NCBI GenBank assembly: GCA_017461475.1
Contig: JAFTXX010000014.1
Coordinates: 20,779-84,778, forward strand
Length of the DNA: 64,000 bases
From: Clostridia bacterium
GTDB lineage: Bacteria; Bacillota; Clostridia; Oscillospirales; CAG-272
Reading direction: 5' to 3'
This document shows positions 29,480 to 39,411 of the stretch, piece by piece (the stretch's first letter is position 1; the number at the start of each line of letters is the position of its first letter). The notes under the pieces were generated by a model that was not told the DNA's origin, searched no databases, and was given only the letters and a program-made list of their open reading frames with translations. A program made the translations under genes and the position numbers.

Positions 29480-29740
29480 ATGAAGGAGCTTGTGAATTTG
29501 CTCAGCGATGGTGGTTTATCTCTTGAGGCTGCCGAGAGGGCGGCAGAGATCGTTGTGTCTGACGGTTGGCGAAAGGTTCCCGTAGGTGTATGGAAGCGTG
29601 ACGGGGACTGTAAGAGCAGCACGAAGGATGTGTTCATCTGCTCAGTGTGCGGTCGGTGGCAATCGGCTAAGAAGCGGTCGGACAAAATGTTTTATATGAA
29701 GTTTTGTCCTCACTGCGGAGCGGAGATGACCACCGATTGA
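29480..29740 (+). CDS. Zinc-ribbon phage protein
   Basis: CSVC..FCPHCGAEM. Confidence 0.75.
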   Translation: MKELVNLLSDGGLSLEAAERAAEIVVSDGWRKVPVGVWKRDGDCKSSTKDVFICSVCGRWQSAKKRSDKMFYMKFCPHCGAEMTTD

Positions 29741-29845
29741 AAAAAGAAAAGCTCACAGGTCGCAGCAACGATCTGTGAGCAAGGGGGTGTTGAATTTTCG
29801 ACAATTCCACGCCCTTATTATATCACAAACGTTTAAAAAAATCAA
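29740..29845 (-). ncRNA. Candidate antisense small RNA (about 75 nt) in the early region
   Basis: Minus-strand TTGATT-17-TATAAT (29845-29817), a hairpin, then a gctcacag/ctgtgagc terminator stem and U-tract. Confidence 0.6.
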
Positions 29846-29853
29846 TAGGGGGA

Positions 29854-30108
29854 ATGAAAATTATGGACTTAAATGAACTCAGAAGCGCCTTGGAGACGAA
29901 ACGGACGGTTTTGTGGCGGGGACGGATGGACTATGAGAGTGCCATCGGAAGCGTGACGGCGATAATCACTCGCCACGAGAATGAGGCGGATGTGGTCTCT
30001 GCCGAGCTGACGGGCTACGGCTCGCGGCGAAGCGTGATGATATGCCGCCCCGAGGATCTTGAATTTTGGAATGCCGCAACAAGTTCGGCGGTGAAGGGAG
30101 GAGTATAA
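29854..30108 (+). CDS. Hypothetical phage protein
   Basis: ORF with RBS in the early operon. Confidence 0.6.
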   Translation: MKIMDLNELRSALETKRTVLWRGRMDYESAIGSVTAIITRHENEADVVSAELTGYGSRRSVMICRPEDLEFWNAATSSAVKGGV

Positions 30109-30109
30109 A

Positions 30110-30253
30110 ATGAAACACATATTTAAAAAGCTATTCGACGCGGTGGTGTTTCCGTTCATCGCGCTGGCGGTACATATTGACGAGAGCCGACGTGCCAATG
30201 AGGACGGCTCGTGGGACAAGTATTTTGAAAAGAAAAACGGAGGCGCAAAATGA
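30110..30253 (+). CDS. Small hypothetical protein (47 aa, not in the ORF track)
   Basis: GGAGG RBS; MKHIFKKLFDAVVFPFIALAV... Confidence 0.55.
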   Translation: MKHIFKKLFDAVVFPFIALAVHIDESRRANEDGSWDKYFEKKNGGAK

Positions 30254-30399
30254 GTTACAGTATATGCCGCGGCGGCGGAAAGATGTGTGACGGCTGCATG
30301 AGGTGCTATGACCGTTTTGATGATGACGAGGAATATGTCGACCTCTATGAGGACGAGGAGGACGAAGAGGATGAGGAGGATGAGGGATATGATCAATGA
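30250..30399 (+). CDS. 49-aa Cys-rich, extremely acidic protein (not in the ORF track)
   Basis: GGAGG RBS; MSYSICRGGGKMCDGCMRCYDRFDDDEEYVDLYEDEEDEEDEEDEGYDQ; overlaps both neighbours. Confidence 0.7.
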   Translation: MSYSICRGGGKMCDGCMRCYDRFDDDEEYVDLYEDEEDEEDEEDEGYDQ

Positions 30400-31324
30400 G
30401 ATCGCATACCACAGCAAGGAAGAGTGGCTGGCACTGCGCAAGATGATGGGCATAGGCGGCTCGGATGCGGGGGCGGTGGTCGGCTTAAATCCCTACAAGA
30501 GCGCCTATTCGCTTTGGGCTGAAAAGACGGGGCGTGTGGCTGAATTCGAGGGCAATCTTACCACCGAGGTGGGCTCTTATCTTGAGGAGTTTGTGGCGAA
30601 GCTCTTTGAGAGAGAGACCGGGAAGCGGGTGAGGCGGAAGAACAGGATGCTTGTCAATTCCGACTATCCCTTTGCATTCGCCGACGTGGACAGGCTTGTG
30701 GTTGGGGAGAGGGCTCTTCTGGAGATTAAGACTACAAACTCCATACCTCTTATGAAGAAGGTGCGACAGGGCGAGTTCCCCGAGCAGTATTATGCTCAAT
30801 GCGTTCACTATCTTGCGGTAAGTGGCTTGGAGAAAGCATATCTTGCCGTTCTTATCGGTTGCAGAGACTTTCGGATCTTCGAGCTCGAACGTGATGAGGG
30901 GGAGATCTCCGCTCTTATGGAGGCGGAGAGGAGCTTTTGGTTTGACAACGTCAAGGCTGACGCTCCACCGCCTGCTGACGGCTCTATCTCCACCTCGGAG
31001 ACGGTGACGGCTCTATATCCTGAGTCGAATGACGAGACGGTAAGCCTTGTGGCTTATGAGGCTGATCTGCGGCAGTATATGACCTATACCGCCCTTATCA
31101 AGAGCGCTGAGAAGCAGAGAGACGAGGCAGCGGGCAGGATCAAGGCGTTTATGAAAATGTCGGGGAAGGGTGAAGCGTCGGGCTTTCGCGTATCCTTTGC
31201 GAGCTCTGAGCGCAGGTCCTTTGACGCGAAGCTCTTTGCTGCCGAGCATCCTCATATGGATCTTACGAAATACTACAAAAATTCAACCTATCGCACCTTT
31301 AAGGTGATAGAAGTAAATATATAA
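30389..31324 (+). CDS. YqaJ-like recombination exonuclease
   Basis: GIGGSDAG, ADVDR, LEIKT and YAQCVHY motifs; start moved to 30389. Confidence 0.92.
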   Translation: MINEIAYHSKEEWLALRKMMGIGGSDAGAVVGLNPYKSAYSLWAEKTGRVAEFEGNLTTEVGSYLEEFVAKLFERETGKRVRRKNRMLVNSDYPFAFADVDRLVVGERALLEIKTTNSIPLMKKVRQGEFPEQYYAQCVHYLAVSGLEKAYLAVLIGCRDFRIFELERDEGEISALMEAERSFWFDNVKADAPPPADGSISTSETVTALYPESNDETVSLVAYEADLRQYMTYTALIKSAEKQRDEAAGRIKAFMKMSGKGEASGFRVSFASSERRSFDAKLFAAEHPHMDLTKYYKNSTYRTFKVIEVNI

Positions 31325-31339
31325 GGAGATATAAAAATT

Positions 31340-32143
31340 ATGGCAAACACAATTCAGAACAAGGTATCGGCTGTCAATCAGAACGGCGAAAAGAAAACGA
31401 TGCAGATGTACATAAAGGCGATGGAGGGTGAGATAAAAAAAGCTCTGCCGTCGGTGATCACGCCTGAGAGGTTTACAAGAATGGTTCTCTCGGCAATATC
31501 CACAAATCCCAAGCTCGCCTCCTGTACGCCTGCCTCGTTTCTTGGGGCGATGATGTCGGCAGCTCAGCTCGGTCTTGAGCCGAACACGCCTCTCGGGCAG
31601 GCGTATCTGATACCCTACAAGAACAAGGGTAGAGACGAGGTTCAGTTCCAACTCGGATATAAAGGTCTTATCGATCTTGCGTATAGAAGTGGCGAGGTGG
31701 AGCTTGTGCAGGCTCATATCGTCTATGAGAACGACACGTTTGAGTGCGAATATGGACTTGAGCCGCGGCTTGTACACAAGCCTGCCGACAGCGACAGAGG
31801 AGAGCCTATGCGGGTGTACGCTATGTTCAAGACCAAGAGCGGTGGCTACGGCTTTGAGGTGATGAGCATGGACGACGTTCGCCGTCACGCAGAAAAGTAT
31901 AGCCAAGCCTACAAGTCGGGTTTCTCTCCTTGGAAAACGAATTTTGAGGAGATGGCAAAAAAGACTGTGCTTAAACGGGTACTTAAATACGCGCCTCTCA
32001 AGTCGGATTTTGTGAGGGCGGTCGTGCAGGACGAGAGCATCAAGAACGAAATTTCCGATGATATGTACGAGGTACAGAGCGAGACCGTATTTGAGGCGGA
32101 ATACACCGAGGCGGACGAGGAGACAGGCGAGGTGATCGAATGA
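31340..32143 (+). CDS. recT: RecT-family single-strand annealing protein
   Basis: AAQLGLEP..GQAYLIPY, FQLGYKG and SPW..FEEMAKKTV motifs. Confidence 0.93.
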   Translation: MANTIQNKVSAVNQNGEKKTMQMYIKAMEGEIKKALPSVITPERFTRMVLSAISTNPKLASCTPASFLGAMMSAAQLGLEPNTPLGQAYLIPYKNKGRDEVQFQLGYKGLIDLAYRSGEVELVQAHIVYENDTFECEYGLEPRLVHKPADSDRGEPMRVYAMFKTKSGGYGFEVMSMDDVRRHAEKYSQAYKSGFSPWKTNFEEMAKKTVLKRVLKYAPLKSDFVRAVVQDESIKNEISDDMYEVQSETVFEAEYTEADEETGEVIE

Positions 32144-32592
32144 GCAATCTTAATATAAACAAGGTCGTTCTCGGCGGTCATCTTACAGCCGATGTGGAGC
32201 TGAAGCAGACACCGAGCGGCGTTTCGGTATGTCAATTTTCGATTGCGGTAAATCGCAGATTTTCAAGGGATGGAGAGCGGCAGACCGATTTTATAACCTG
32301 TCAGGCGTGGCGTCAGACGGCTGAATTTATCGCAAGATATTTTCGCAAGGGCTCGGCGCTCTGCGTGTGCGGCAGTATACAGACGAGGTCGTGGACAGAC
32401 AGCGGGGGACAGAAGCGCTACGCGACGGAGATAGTTGTGGACGAGGCGTATTTTGTTGACAGCAGGAGTGACGGACAAGGAGCGGCAGATACCAATACTT
32501 ACATACCCGACGCATACGCTGCCCCCGGATTTGCGGGAGCGGATAAACCGAGCTTTGAGACAATGTCGGCAGACGATGATCTGCCGTTTTAG
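32140..32592 (+). CDS. ssb: Single-stranded DNA-binding protein
   Basis: NKVVLGGHL, DFITCQAW, C-terminal DDDLPF. Confidence 0.95.
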   Translation: MSNLNINKVVLGGHLTADVELKQTPSGVSVCQFSIAVNRRFSRDGERQTDFITCQAWRQTAEFIARYFRKGSALCVCGSIQTRSWTDSGGQKRYATEIVVDEAYFVDSRSDGQGAADTNTYIPDAYAAPGFAGADKPSFETMSADDDLPF

Positions 32593-32605
32593 AGAGGGAG
32601 TATAG

Positions 32606-33403
32606 ATGAACTCTATATTAAATTACCCCGGAGCTAAATGGGGTATGGCTTCAAAGATCGTAGAGCTTATGCCGCCTCACAGATCATACCTTGAGCCGTT
32701 TTTTGGCTCGGGCGCGGTATTGTTTAACAAATCTCCCTCAGCAATAGAAACCGTTAATGATATAGACGGTGATATCGTTAATTTCTTTCGGGTGGTAAGA
32801 GAATCCCCGGAAGAGCTTGCCGAGGCTATCGCTTTAACTCCGTATGCTCGTGATGTTTTTGATGACGCTCACGATGATCGAGGGGCTTCGCCTTTTGACA
32901 GGGCTTATCGTTTTGCCATTAGATCACGTATGGGACACGGCTTCAAAACCTATCAAAAAACAGGATTCAAGATAGACGTATACGCACGTGAGAGAAGCTA
33001 TTGTGTAAGTATGTGGAATAAAATGCCACAGGATATTTTGAGAGCTGCCGAGCGCCTTAAGGATGTTCAGATTGAAAATCGTCCTGCGCTGGATCTTATA
33101 AAAAAATTCAATTATGATAATGTTCTGATCTATGCGGATCCTCCGTATCTTCTCGAAACGAGGGGCGGCAAACAATATAAACACGAGATGGACGAGCAGG
33201 ATCATCTTGACCTGCTGGCCGCATTAGTTAAATTTAAGGGATATGTAATAATTAGCGGATATCAATCCGAAATGTACGATAGGGAGCTGAGGGGGTGGAA
33301 CAAGTTATTGTTTAAGTCTTATAATCAGAACAACGAACCACGCACCGAGGTCTTGTGGTTTAATTTCGATTCGTTGTCTGTGTTTGACTATGAAAGATTA
33401 TGA
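32606..33403 (+). CDS. DNA adenine methyltransferase (Dam/D12 class)
   Basis: YPGAK, YLEPFFGSG, NDID and YADPPY motifs. Confidence 0.92.
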   Translation: MNSILNYPGAKWGMASKIVELMPPHRSYLEPFFGSGAVLFNKSPSAIETVNDIDGDIVNFFRVVRESPEELAEAIALTPYARDVFDDAHDDRGASPFDRAYRFAIRSRMGHGFKTYQKTGFKIDVYARERSYCVSMWNKMPQDILRAAERLKDVQIENRPALDLIKKFNYDNVLIYADPPYLLETRGGKQYKHEMDEQDHLDLLAALVKFKGYVIISGYQSEMYDRELRGWNKLLFKSYNQNNEPRTEVLWFNFDSLSVFDYERL

Positions 33404-33414
33404 GGTAACACATA

Positions 33415-34194
33415 ATGGCAGAAAAACGAATGTTTTCAAAGACGATCATCAGCTGTGACGACTTCACCGAGCTGCCTTTTTCCACGCAGGCGCTCTACTT
33501 CCATTTGTCTATGGAGGCGGATGACGATGGGTTCGTCAACAACTCGAAGAAGATAATGAGGACCATACGCGTGACCAAAAAGGATATGGACAGGCTTGTG
33601 GCAAAGGGCTACATCATCCCCTTCGACAGCGGTGTATATGCCATCAGGCATTGGCGGATAAACAACTACATAAGGAAGGACAGATACACTCCCACTATCT
33701 ATCTGCGTGAGATGGAACAGCTCGAGGTCGACGGCAGCGGAGCATACAAGGAGCGGTTACCTATTGGTGTACCAAACGGTGCACCGTCTTGTAACCGCTT
33801 GGGAGCACAGAAGAGAATAGAAGAGAGTAGTATAGAGCAGTGTAGAGAGAGAGACGCGCGCGCGCCCGCGAGGGTGGAGGAGCCCATACCCCAAGAGGAG
33901 CCCATACCCGAGGAAAGGTCTATAATCGGGAAGAGTCCTTGCGGGGAGTTCGGCAACGTGTATCTGACCGAGGCTGAGAGAAGCGCTCTTGACGGGCGAT
34001 ACGGCGCGTCGCTGGCAGAGGCGCTTATTGATAATCTCTCGCGGCGCATCAAGTCAAAGGGCTATCGGTATGAGGACCACTATGCTACCATCCTCGATTG
34101 GGCGGCGAAGGACGGTGTGAAAACATCATCGGAGAAGTCCTATGACACGGATGAGTTCTTCCAAGCGGCGGTGCAGAGGAGCTTGGAGGAATGA
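33415..34194 (+). CDS. Phage replication initiator (replisome organizer)
   Basis: MAEKRMFS..QALYFHL..ADDDGF N-terminus; internal direct repeats. Confidence 0.85.
   Translation: MAEKRMFSKTIISCDDFTELPFSTQALYFHLSMEADDDGFVNNSKKIMRTIRVTKKDMDRLVAKGYIIPFDSGVYAIRHWRINNYIRKDRYTPTIYLREMEQLEVDGSGAYKERLPIGVPNGAPSCNRLGAQKRIEESSIEQCRERDARAPARVEEPIPQEEPIPEERSIIGKSPCGEFGNVYLTEAERSALDGRYGASLAEALIDNLSRRIKSKGYRYEDHYATILDWAAKDGVKTSSEKSYDTDEFFQAAVQRSLEE
33877..33909 (+). repeat. 15-bp direct repeat GAGGAGCCCATACCC x2 inside the replication gene
   Basis: Copies at 33877-33891 and 33895-33909. Confidence 0.7.
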
Positions 34195-34466
34195 GGAGCG
34201 AAGATGAAAGGAGAAACGATATGATCGAGGATCGTGTTTTGACTCAGCCAACGGTTGCGCCGTTTGAATGGATCTCTGTATCTCACGCTCTTCCAAAGGA
34301 AAAGGGGCGATACCTTGTTATTGACAACGGTGGCTATGATCTTGCGTGGTTTGATCCCGAACGAAAGACTTTTTCTACTGACAGCAGCGGTGCAAGGATC
34401 GGTATCAACAGGAGTGTAAGCCATTGGATGCTCCTGCCGAAACGACCTGCGGAGGTGTTGATGTGA
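34191..34466 (+). CDS. DUF551-like phage protein
   Basis: WISVSHALP...VSHWMLLP.RP. Confidence 0.75.
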   Translation: MRSEDERRNDMIEDRVLTQPTVAPFEWISVSHALPKEKGRYLVIDNGGYDLAWFDPERKTFSTDSSGARIGINRSVSHWMLLPKRPAEVLM

Positions 34467-34639
34467 GCAAAGAAAAACAGCTTGAAAATGCTCTGAACGA
34501 GCTTATAGCCGAAGCGGCGAGTGGCGGCGGGCACGTCTATATCGTTGACAAGCGACAGAACACTTTCGCCTTGAAGCTGACAGAGCCTATCAGGATACAA
34601 TTCTATGGCGGATACAAGGGGGAGTGTAATGCAGAGTAA
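34463..34639 (+). CDS. Hypothetical phage protein
   Basis: GTG start after GGAGG; overlaps neighbours. Confidence 0.55.
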   Translation: MSKEKQLENALNELIAEAASGGGHVYIVDKRQNTFALKLTEPIRIQFYGGYKGECNAE

Positions 34640-34994
34640 ATATCACAGTCGGAAGGTCACAACGAACGGTGTTACCTTCGACAGCGCAAAAGAGGCGAAG
34701 AGGTACGGGGAGCTGCTTCTGCTTGAGAAGGCGGGGGCGATCTCCGACCTTCGGCGGCAGGTCGAATTTGTCTTGATCCCCGCGCAACGTGAGCCTGACA
34801 TACCGGGAAAACACGGCGGTATCGTCAAAAGAGGAAAGACCATAGAGCGTAAAGTATCGTATATAGCAGACTTTACATACACAGAGAACGGAAAGCAGAT
34901 AGTGGAAGATGTCAAGGGATTTCGGACGCCTGAATATAAGATCAAGAAAAAAATGATGTTGTATTTTCACGGCATCAGGATAAGGGAGGTATAG
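34629..34994 (+). CDS. DUF1064-family putative endonuclease
   Basis: KYHSRK..FDSAKEA, YIADF and VEDVKG motifs. Confidence 0.88.
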   Translation: MQSKYHSRKVTTNGVTFDSAKEAKRYGELLLLEKAGAISDLRRQVEFVLIPAQREPDIPGKHGGIVKRGKTIERKVSYIADFTYTENGKQIVEDVKGFRTPEYKIKKKMMLYFHGIRIREV

Positions 34995-34997
34995 GCG

Positions 34998-35219
34998 ATG
35001 GGGAAGGAGCTTGATTACATTTTCCCCGAACGCAAATGCGCGAGATGCGGAAGGCTTTTTCTTGCGGCTCCGCAACACGCCTTGAAGCTCAAAGTGGGCG
35101 GAGAGCGGACGGTTTGGTTTTGCAAACCGTCCTGCTTATTAGGCTACAGCAAAGATAGGGAAGATCGGAAAACAAAAGGGAAACGCATTTGCGTTCAAAA
35201 AAACGATATAAAAGCGTAA
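34998..35219 (+). CDS. Small Cys-containing phage protein
   Basis: CARCG..FCKPSC. Confidence 0.6.
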   Translation: MGKELDYIFPERKCARCGRLFLAAPQHALKLKVGGERTVWFCKPSCLLGYSKDREDRKTKGKRICVQKNDIKA

Positions 35220-35243
35220 AAACGTTTAGAAAGGGGGCGAGTT

Positions 35244-35483
35244 ATGGCGAAAAAGAGGATAAAAAAGGACTCTGAAGAGGTCAGGTGTCCTTTCTTTCGC
35301 GGTGAGACTATGGCTGAAATAAGATGCGAGGGCTTTTTTCGGGGGTGCTCAATTCATGTGGCATTTGCCGATAAAAGTGAAAAGCGCTCCTTTATGAAAA
35401 ACGCTTGCGAGTATCTTTACACAGCTTGTCCGATATACAAGCTGTGTGACAGGAAGTATGACGACTTCGGAAAAACAAAATAA
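35244..35483 (+). CDS. Small Cys-rich protein, candidate late activator
   Basis: CPFF..IRCEG..C..CPIY; last gene before the packaging module. Confidence 0.6.
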   Translation: MAKKRIKKDSEEVRCPFFRGETMAEIRCEGFFRGCSIHVAFADKSEKRSFMKNACEYLYTACPIYKLCDRKYDDFGKTK

Positions 35484-35530
35484 ATTCAAAGAGGCGACGG
35501 GTGTTGCCTCTTTTTTTAAAAAAAGCCCTT

Positions 35531-35568
35531 GGGGGGACTCCCGAAAGGATGGTGTTTGAATGTATAAT
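35531..35568 (+). promoter_or_regulatory. Late promoter motif 1 (GGGGGGACTC-N22-TATAAT)
   Basis: Same motif and spacing recur at 42210 and 55620. Confidence 0.75.
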
Positions 35569-35596
35569 AATAAAAATAATTCGGGGGGAGCTTTCG

Positions 35597-36073
35597 GTGT
35601 CGCTTGAAAACGTCGATTGGAATGAGATAAAAAAAGAATATATATCAAGCGCTACGAGCTATCGGAAGCTGTGCGCGAAGTACGGCGTACCCCGCACCAC
35701 TCTTGAAAAGAGGGCGAAGGATGAGAAGTGGACAGATCTGCGAAGGCAGGTCAAGGACAAGGCAGAGGCAGATATGGTCAGACGGGTAGCTGAAGAAAGC
35801 TCAAAGGTGGATCATAAGTATTTCCGACTTGTGGACAAGCTTATCGATAAGGCAGATGAGGTAATAGAAAACACGCCCGTTTGGCAGGTGCAGTCTATCA
35901 AGGATATGGCTTCCGCTCTGCGGTCTCTCCGCGAATGCCGCGGATTTAAGACCGATATAGATTTGCGTGAACAAGAGGCTCGTATAAAAAATCTTGAGCG
36001 GCAGCTTGAGAAGAGCGACGATATCCCCGAGATAAACGTTGTGTTCGGCTCGGATGAGGACTTTGCAAAATGA
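35597..36073 (+). CDS. Terminase small subunit (putative)
   Basis: DWNEIKKEY HTH-type N-terminus; overlaps the TerL start. Confidence 0.75.
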   Translation: MSLENVDWNEIKKEYISSATSYRKLCAKYGVPRTTLEKRAKDEKWTDLRRQVKDKAEADMVRRVAEESSKVDHKYFRLVDKLIDKADEVIENTPVWQVQSIKDMASALRSLRECRGFKTDIDLREQEARIKNLERQLEKSDDIPEINVVFGSDEDFAK

Positions 36074-37479
36074 AGCTCGACTTCAAAATAGAGCCGCCAA
36101 ACGAAAAACAAAAGCTTTTCTTTCTTGATCAGCACAAATACGTGGGGTATGGTGGCGCTCGCGGCGGCGGAAAATCCTGGGCTCTTCGGCGCAAGATGGC
36201 AATGATGTGCCTTTATTACCCGGGCATAAAATGCGGTATATACCGACGTACCTATCCGGAGCTACGGAACAATCACGTTGTTCCCCTTCTCAGAGAGCTT
36301 CACGGGATAGCAAGCTTCAACGAATCCAAGAAGATATTCAAATTCCCGAACGGCTCGGTGATCGAGTTGTGCTATGCGGATAATCAAAAGGATCTCGGTC
36401 AAAAGTTTCAGGGGCAGGAGTTTGACATTTTGTCTATTGACGAGGCAACGCAGATATCCGAGGAGTGGTTTGCCATAATGAAGGCTACGGTGAGAGGCGT
36501 TAATTCTTTTCCGAAGCGTATTTATATAACCTGTAACCCCGGCGGGGTGGGTCACTCATGGGTAAAGCGGCTGTTTATCGACAGGAGCTACAAGGATAGT
36601 GAGGACCCCTCGGAGTATAGCTTCATCCAGGCTCTTCCTCACGATAATAAGGCGCTTATGGAGAGTGACCCCGATTACATCAAGAGCCTTGCGTCTCTTC
36701 CGCCAAAGCTTCGGGCGGCGTGGCTTGAGGGCTCGTGGGATATCTTTATGGGTCAGTTCTTTGAGGAATTTATCGATGATCCGCAACACTATCACGACCG
36801 AAGGTATACCCACGTTATCGAGCCCTTTGAGATACCGCCGCGCTTTGAGATATACCGTTCCTTTGACTGGGGCTATTCGAAGCCCTTTTCCTGCGATTGG
36901 TGGGCGATAGATACGGAGGGCAGGGCTTATCTTTGCCATCAGCTCTACGGCTGTACGGGAACGCCCGATGAGGGTATTAAGTGGGCTCCTGACAAGGTGT
37001 TTTCAGAGATCGCCCGTATCGAGCGGGAGCATAGGTGGTTTAAGGACAGGGCTATCCGCGGAGTTGCCGACTCGGCTATATGGGCATCCGACGGCGGCGA
37101 GGCTATCATTGAGAGCGCCGACCGTCACGGTGTATACTTCGACAAGTCCGATAAAACGCGGGTGGCGGGATGGATGCAGATGCATTACAGGCTGTCCTTC
37201 GGTGATGACGGCAGACCGATGATGTATTTCTTTAACACCTGCCGTCACGCTATACGCACCATTCCCCTGATGCAGTATTCGCAGACTCTTCCCGAGGATC
37301 TTGACACATCGCTTGAGGATCACTTTTGCGATTCCTGTCGGTATTTTTGTATGACACGTCCCATTTCCGCGAGAGACGCGGCGCGGAAAGAAAGACCCAT
37401 ATCCGACCCTCTTGATCAATTTGAGAGAGAGCGGAGGACGATATATAATTCTTACGGCGCAATTCGATCGGAGGTATAA
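36070..37479 (+). CDS. Terminase large subunit
   Basis: Walker A GGARGGGKS, Walker B IDEATQ, TCNPGG, nuclease FDWG and EDHFCD motifs. Confidence 0.95.
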   Translation: MKLDFKIEPPNEKQKLFFLDQHKYVGYGGARGGGKSWALRRKMAMMCLYYPGIKCGIYRRTYPELRNNHVVPLLRELHGIASFNESKKIFKFPNGSVIELCYADNQKDLGQKFQGQEFDILSIDEATQISEEWFAIMKATVRGVNSFPKRIYITCNPGGVGHSWVKRLFIDRSYKDSEDPSEYSFIQALPHDNKALMESDPDYIKSLASLPPKLRAAWLEGSWDIFMGQFFEEFIDDPQHYHDRRYTHVIEPFEIPPRFEIYRSFDWGYSKPFSCDWWAIDTEGRAYLCHQLYGCTGTPDEGIKWAPDKVFSEIARIEREHRWFKDRAIRGVADSAIWASDGGEAIIESADRHGVYFDKSDKTRVAGWMQMHYRLSFGDDGRPMMYFFNTCRHAIRTIPLMQYSQTLPEDLDTSLEDHFCDSCRYFCMTRPISARDAARKERPISDPLDQFERERRTIYNSYGAIRSEV

Positions 37480-37485
37480 ACGAGA

Positions 37486-39411
37486 ATGCCCATTCCTTTT
37501 TTTGAAAAGCTTGTTAAACACAAGCCGTACCCGCAAAAGCTTCGGGCGCTTTCCGCAAAGGGTGAAGCGGGAGCGGCGCCTGCCACTCTTCCCGTTGATG
37601 AAAAGCGGATCGCTGTATGGAACGCTGCGCTGCGGTCCTATAAAAGCAGACGGTCTGTTATTGAAGATAAGATACGCTCCAATGAGGCTTTTTGGCGAAT
37701 GAGACAATGGAAGGTGAGAGACCCTGACGGAGGAATGCAGACACCGTCAACAGCCTGGCTGTTCACCTGTATTCAATCCAAGCTTGCGGATGTGATGGAT
37801 TCCTATCCTACGGCTAACTTCCGTCCACGTCAGAAGGATGATGTGGAGGAGGCAAAGCGGTTATCCTCTATCGTACCTGTTATTATGGCGCAGAATAACT
37901 TTGAGCAGACATACAGAGAGGTGTCCGAGTACACTCTGAAGAATGGTATCGGCATTTATCACGTTTTTTGGGATGGAAGGAAGCTTCACGGGCTCGGAGA
38001 TATTGCCATAAAAAAGATGGATGTGCTCCGAGTTTTCTTTGAACCCGGTATTACGGACATTCAGGATTCCACATACCTGTTTGTAGTAGAGCTTGTGGAC
38101 AAGAACACCTTGTATGGAAGATACCCACATGCGCGGAGCACAGTTAAAGGGAAGGTCATAGAGCCGAGCAGATTCATTACCGACGAGCAGGTGGACGTAC
38201 AGGACAAGATCGTTGTTGTGGACGTATATTACAAGGTGGAGACCGGGGGCAAGAGGATACTTCACTACTGCAAATACGCGGATACGACATGCCTTGAGTC
38301 TACGGAGAATGACCCCGAAAAATATCCGAACGGACTTTACGATCACGGACTGTATCCCTTTGTGGTGCAGAGCCTTTATCACATTGAACAAAGTCTTTAC
38401 GGAACGGGAATGGTCGATCTCGGCGCGGATACACAATTGCAGATCGATCTGATGAACAGGGCTGTGGTGGAGAATACCTTGATGGGCGCAAAGCCTCGGT
38501 TTCTTACCACGCTTGACGCGGATGCCGCGGAGACTCAGCTTGCGGATCTGACGCGTACCTTTATTCAGGTGCCGTCGGTTTCAGAGCACAACACAGTTCC
38601 GATGACTACAACGCCCCTTGGGGGTAATTATCTGGAGTTCATCCAGAGCAAGATCGACGAGCTGAAGCGTGTTACCTCAAACCACGACGTAAACAACGGC
38701 GCGGCGCCCAGCGGCATTACTGCTGCTTCCGCCATATCCGCCCTACAGGAGACCTCGGGAAAGGACAGCCGCTTTATCAACAAGAGCTTTTACAACGCCT
38801 ACAGGCTTTTGATGACGCAGGTGGTAGAGCTTATAAGGCAGTTTTATGATGTGCCGCGGTGGTTCCGCATTATTCCCGACCAAGCCGCGGGCGCGTCGGA
38901 GGCTTTTGTTAAGTTTGATAACAGCGGTCTGAAGGGATCCCCCCAGGTAACGGCAGGCGGCGAACCAATTGGGTGGCGTGTTTCTGAATTTGATATTGAG
39001 ATCACGGCGGAAAAAGCTAATCCCTACCGCAAGATGGAGCAGAACGAGCTTGCGTTGTCCTTCTTCAAATTAGGATTTTTCAATCCTCAGCTTACAGATC
39101 AGGCGCTTGCCTGTCTCAGTATGATGGACTTCGATCATAAGCAGGATGTTATTGAGAGGATCGAGCGGAACGGGACTCTTATCGAAATGCTTGCGATGTA
39201 TCAGAAGCTTGCTATTGGTATGGCAAAGCGTTACGGAGATGCGGAGGCGCTTCGGGTAATTCAGCAGAATATGATGGCGTACGGTCAGGAAATCCCCGTG
39301 GGAGCGGATGTAGATCCTGCTGATGCCGCTGATCCCGAGGCAGGTACGAAGGAGGCAAAGCACGTGCAAAAGGCAAGAGAGAGAGCGAGAAGCTCCACAG
39401 AGGTGATATGA
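37486..39411 (+). CDS. Portal protein
   Basis: 641 aa directly after TerL; YPFV and TAASAI motifs typical of podovirus-type portals. Confidence 0.85.
   Translation: MPIPFFEKLVKHKPYPQKLRALSAKGEAGAAPATLPVDEKRIAVWNAALRSYKSRRSVIEDKIRSNEAFWRMRQWKVRDPDGGMQTPSTAWLFTCIQSKLADVMDSYPTANFRPRQKDDVEEAKRLSSIVPVIMAQNNFEQTYREVSEYTLKNGIGIYHVFWDGRKLHGLGDIAIKKMDVLRVFFEPGITDIQDSTYLFVVELVDKNTLYGRYPHARSTVKGKVIEPSRFITDEQVDVQDKIVVVDVYYKVETGGKRILHYCKYADTTCLESTENDPEKYPNGLYDHGLYPFVVQSLYHIEQSLYGTGMVDLGADTQLQIDLMNRAVVENTLMGAKPRFLTTLDADAAETQLADLTRTFIQVPSVSEHNTVPMTTTPLGGNYLEFIQSKIDELKRVTSNHDVNNGAAPSGITAASAISALQETSGKDSRFINKSFYNAYRLLMTQVVELIRQFYDVPRWFRIIPDQAAGASEAFVKFDNSGLKGSPQVTAGGEPIGWRVSEFDIEITAEKANPYRKMEQNELALSFFKLGFFNPQLTDQALACLSMMDFDHKQDVIERIERNGTLIEMLAMYQKLAIGMAKRYGDAEALRVIQQNMMAYGQEIPVGADVDPADAADPEAGTKEAKHVQKARERARSSTEVI

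Noticed and set aside
30308-30388. Arg/Met-rich N-terminal extension of YqaJ in the ORF track
   Set aside because: It is the off-frame reading of the acidic ORF 30250-30399; the likely start is 30389.
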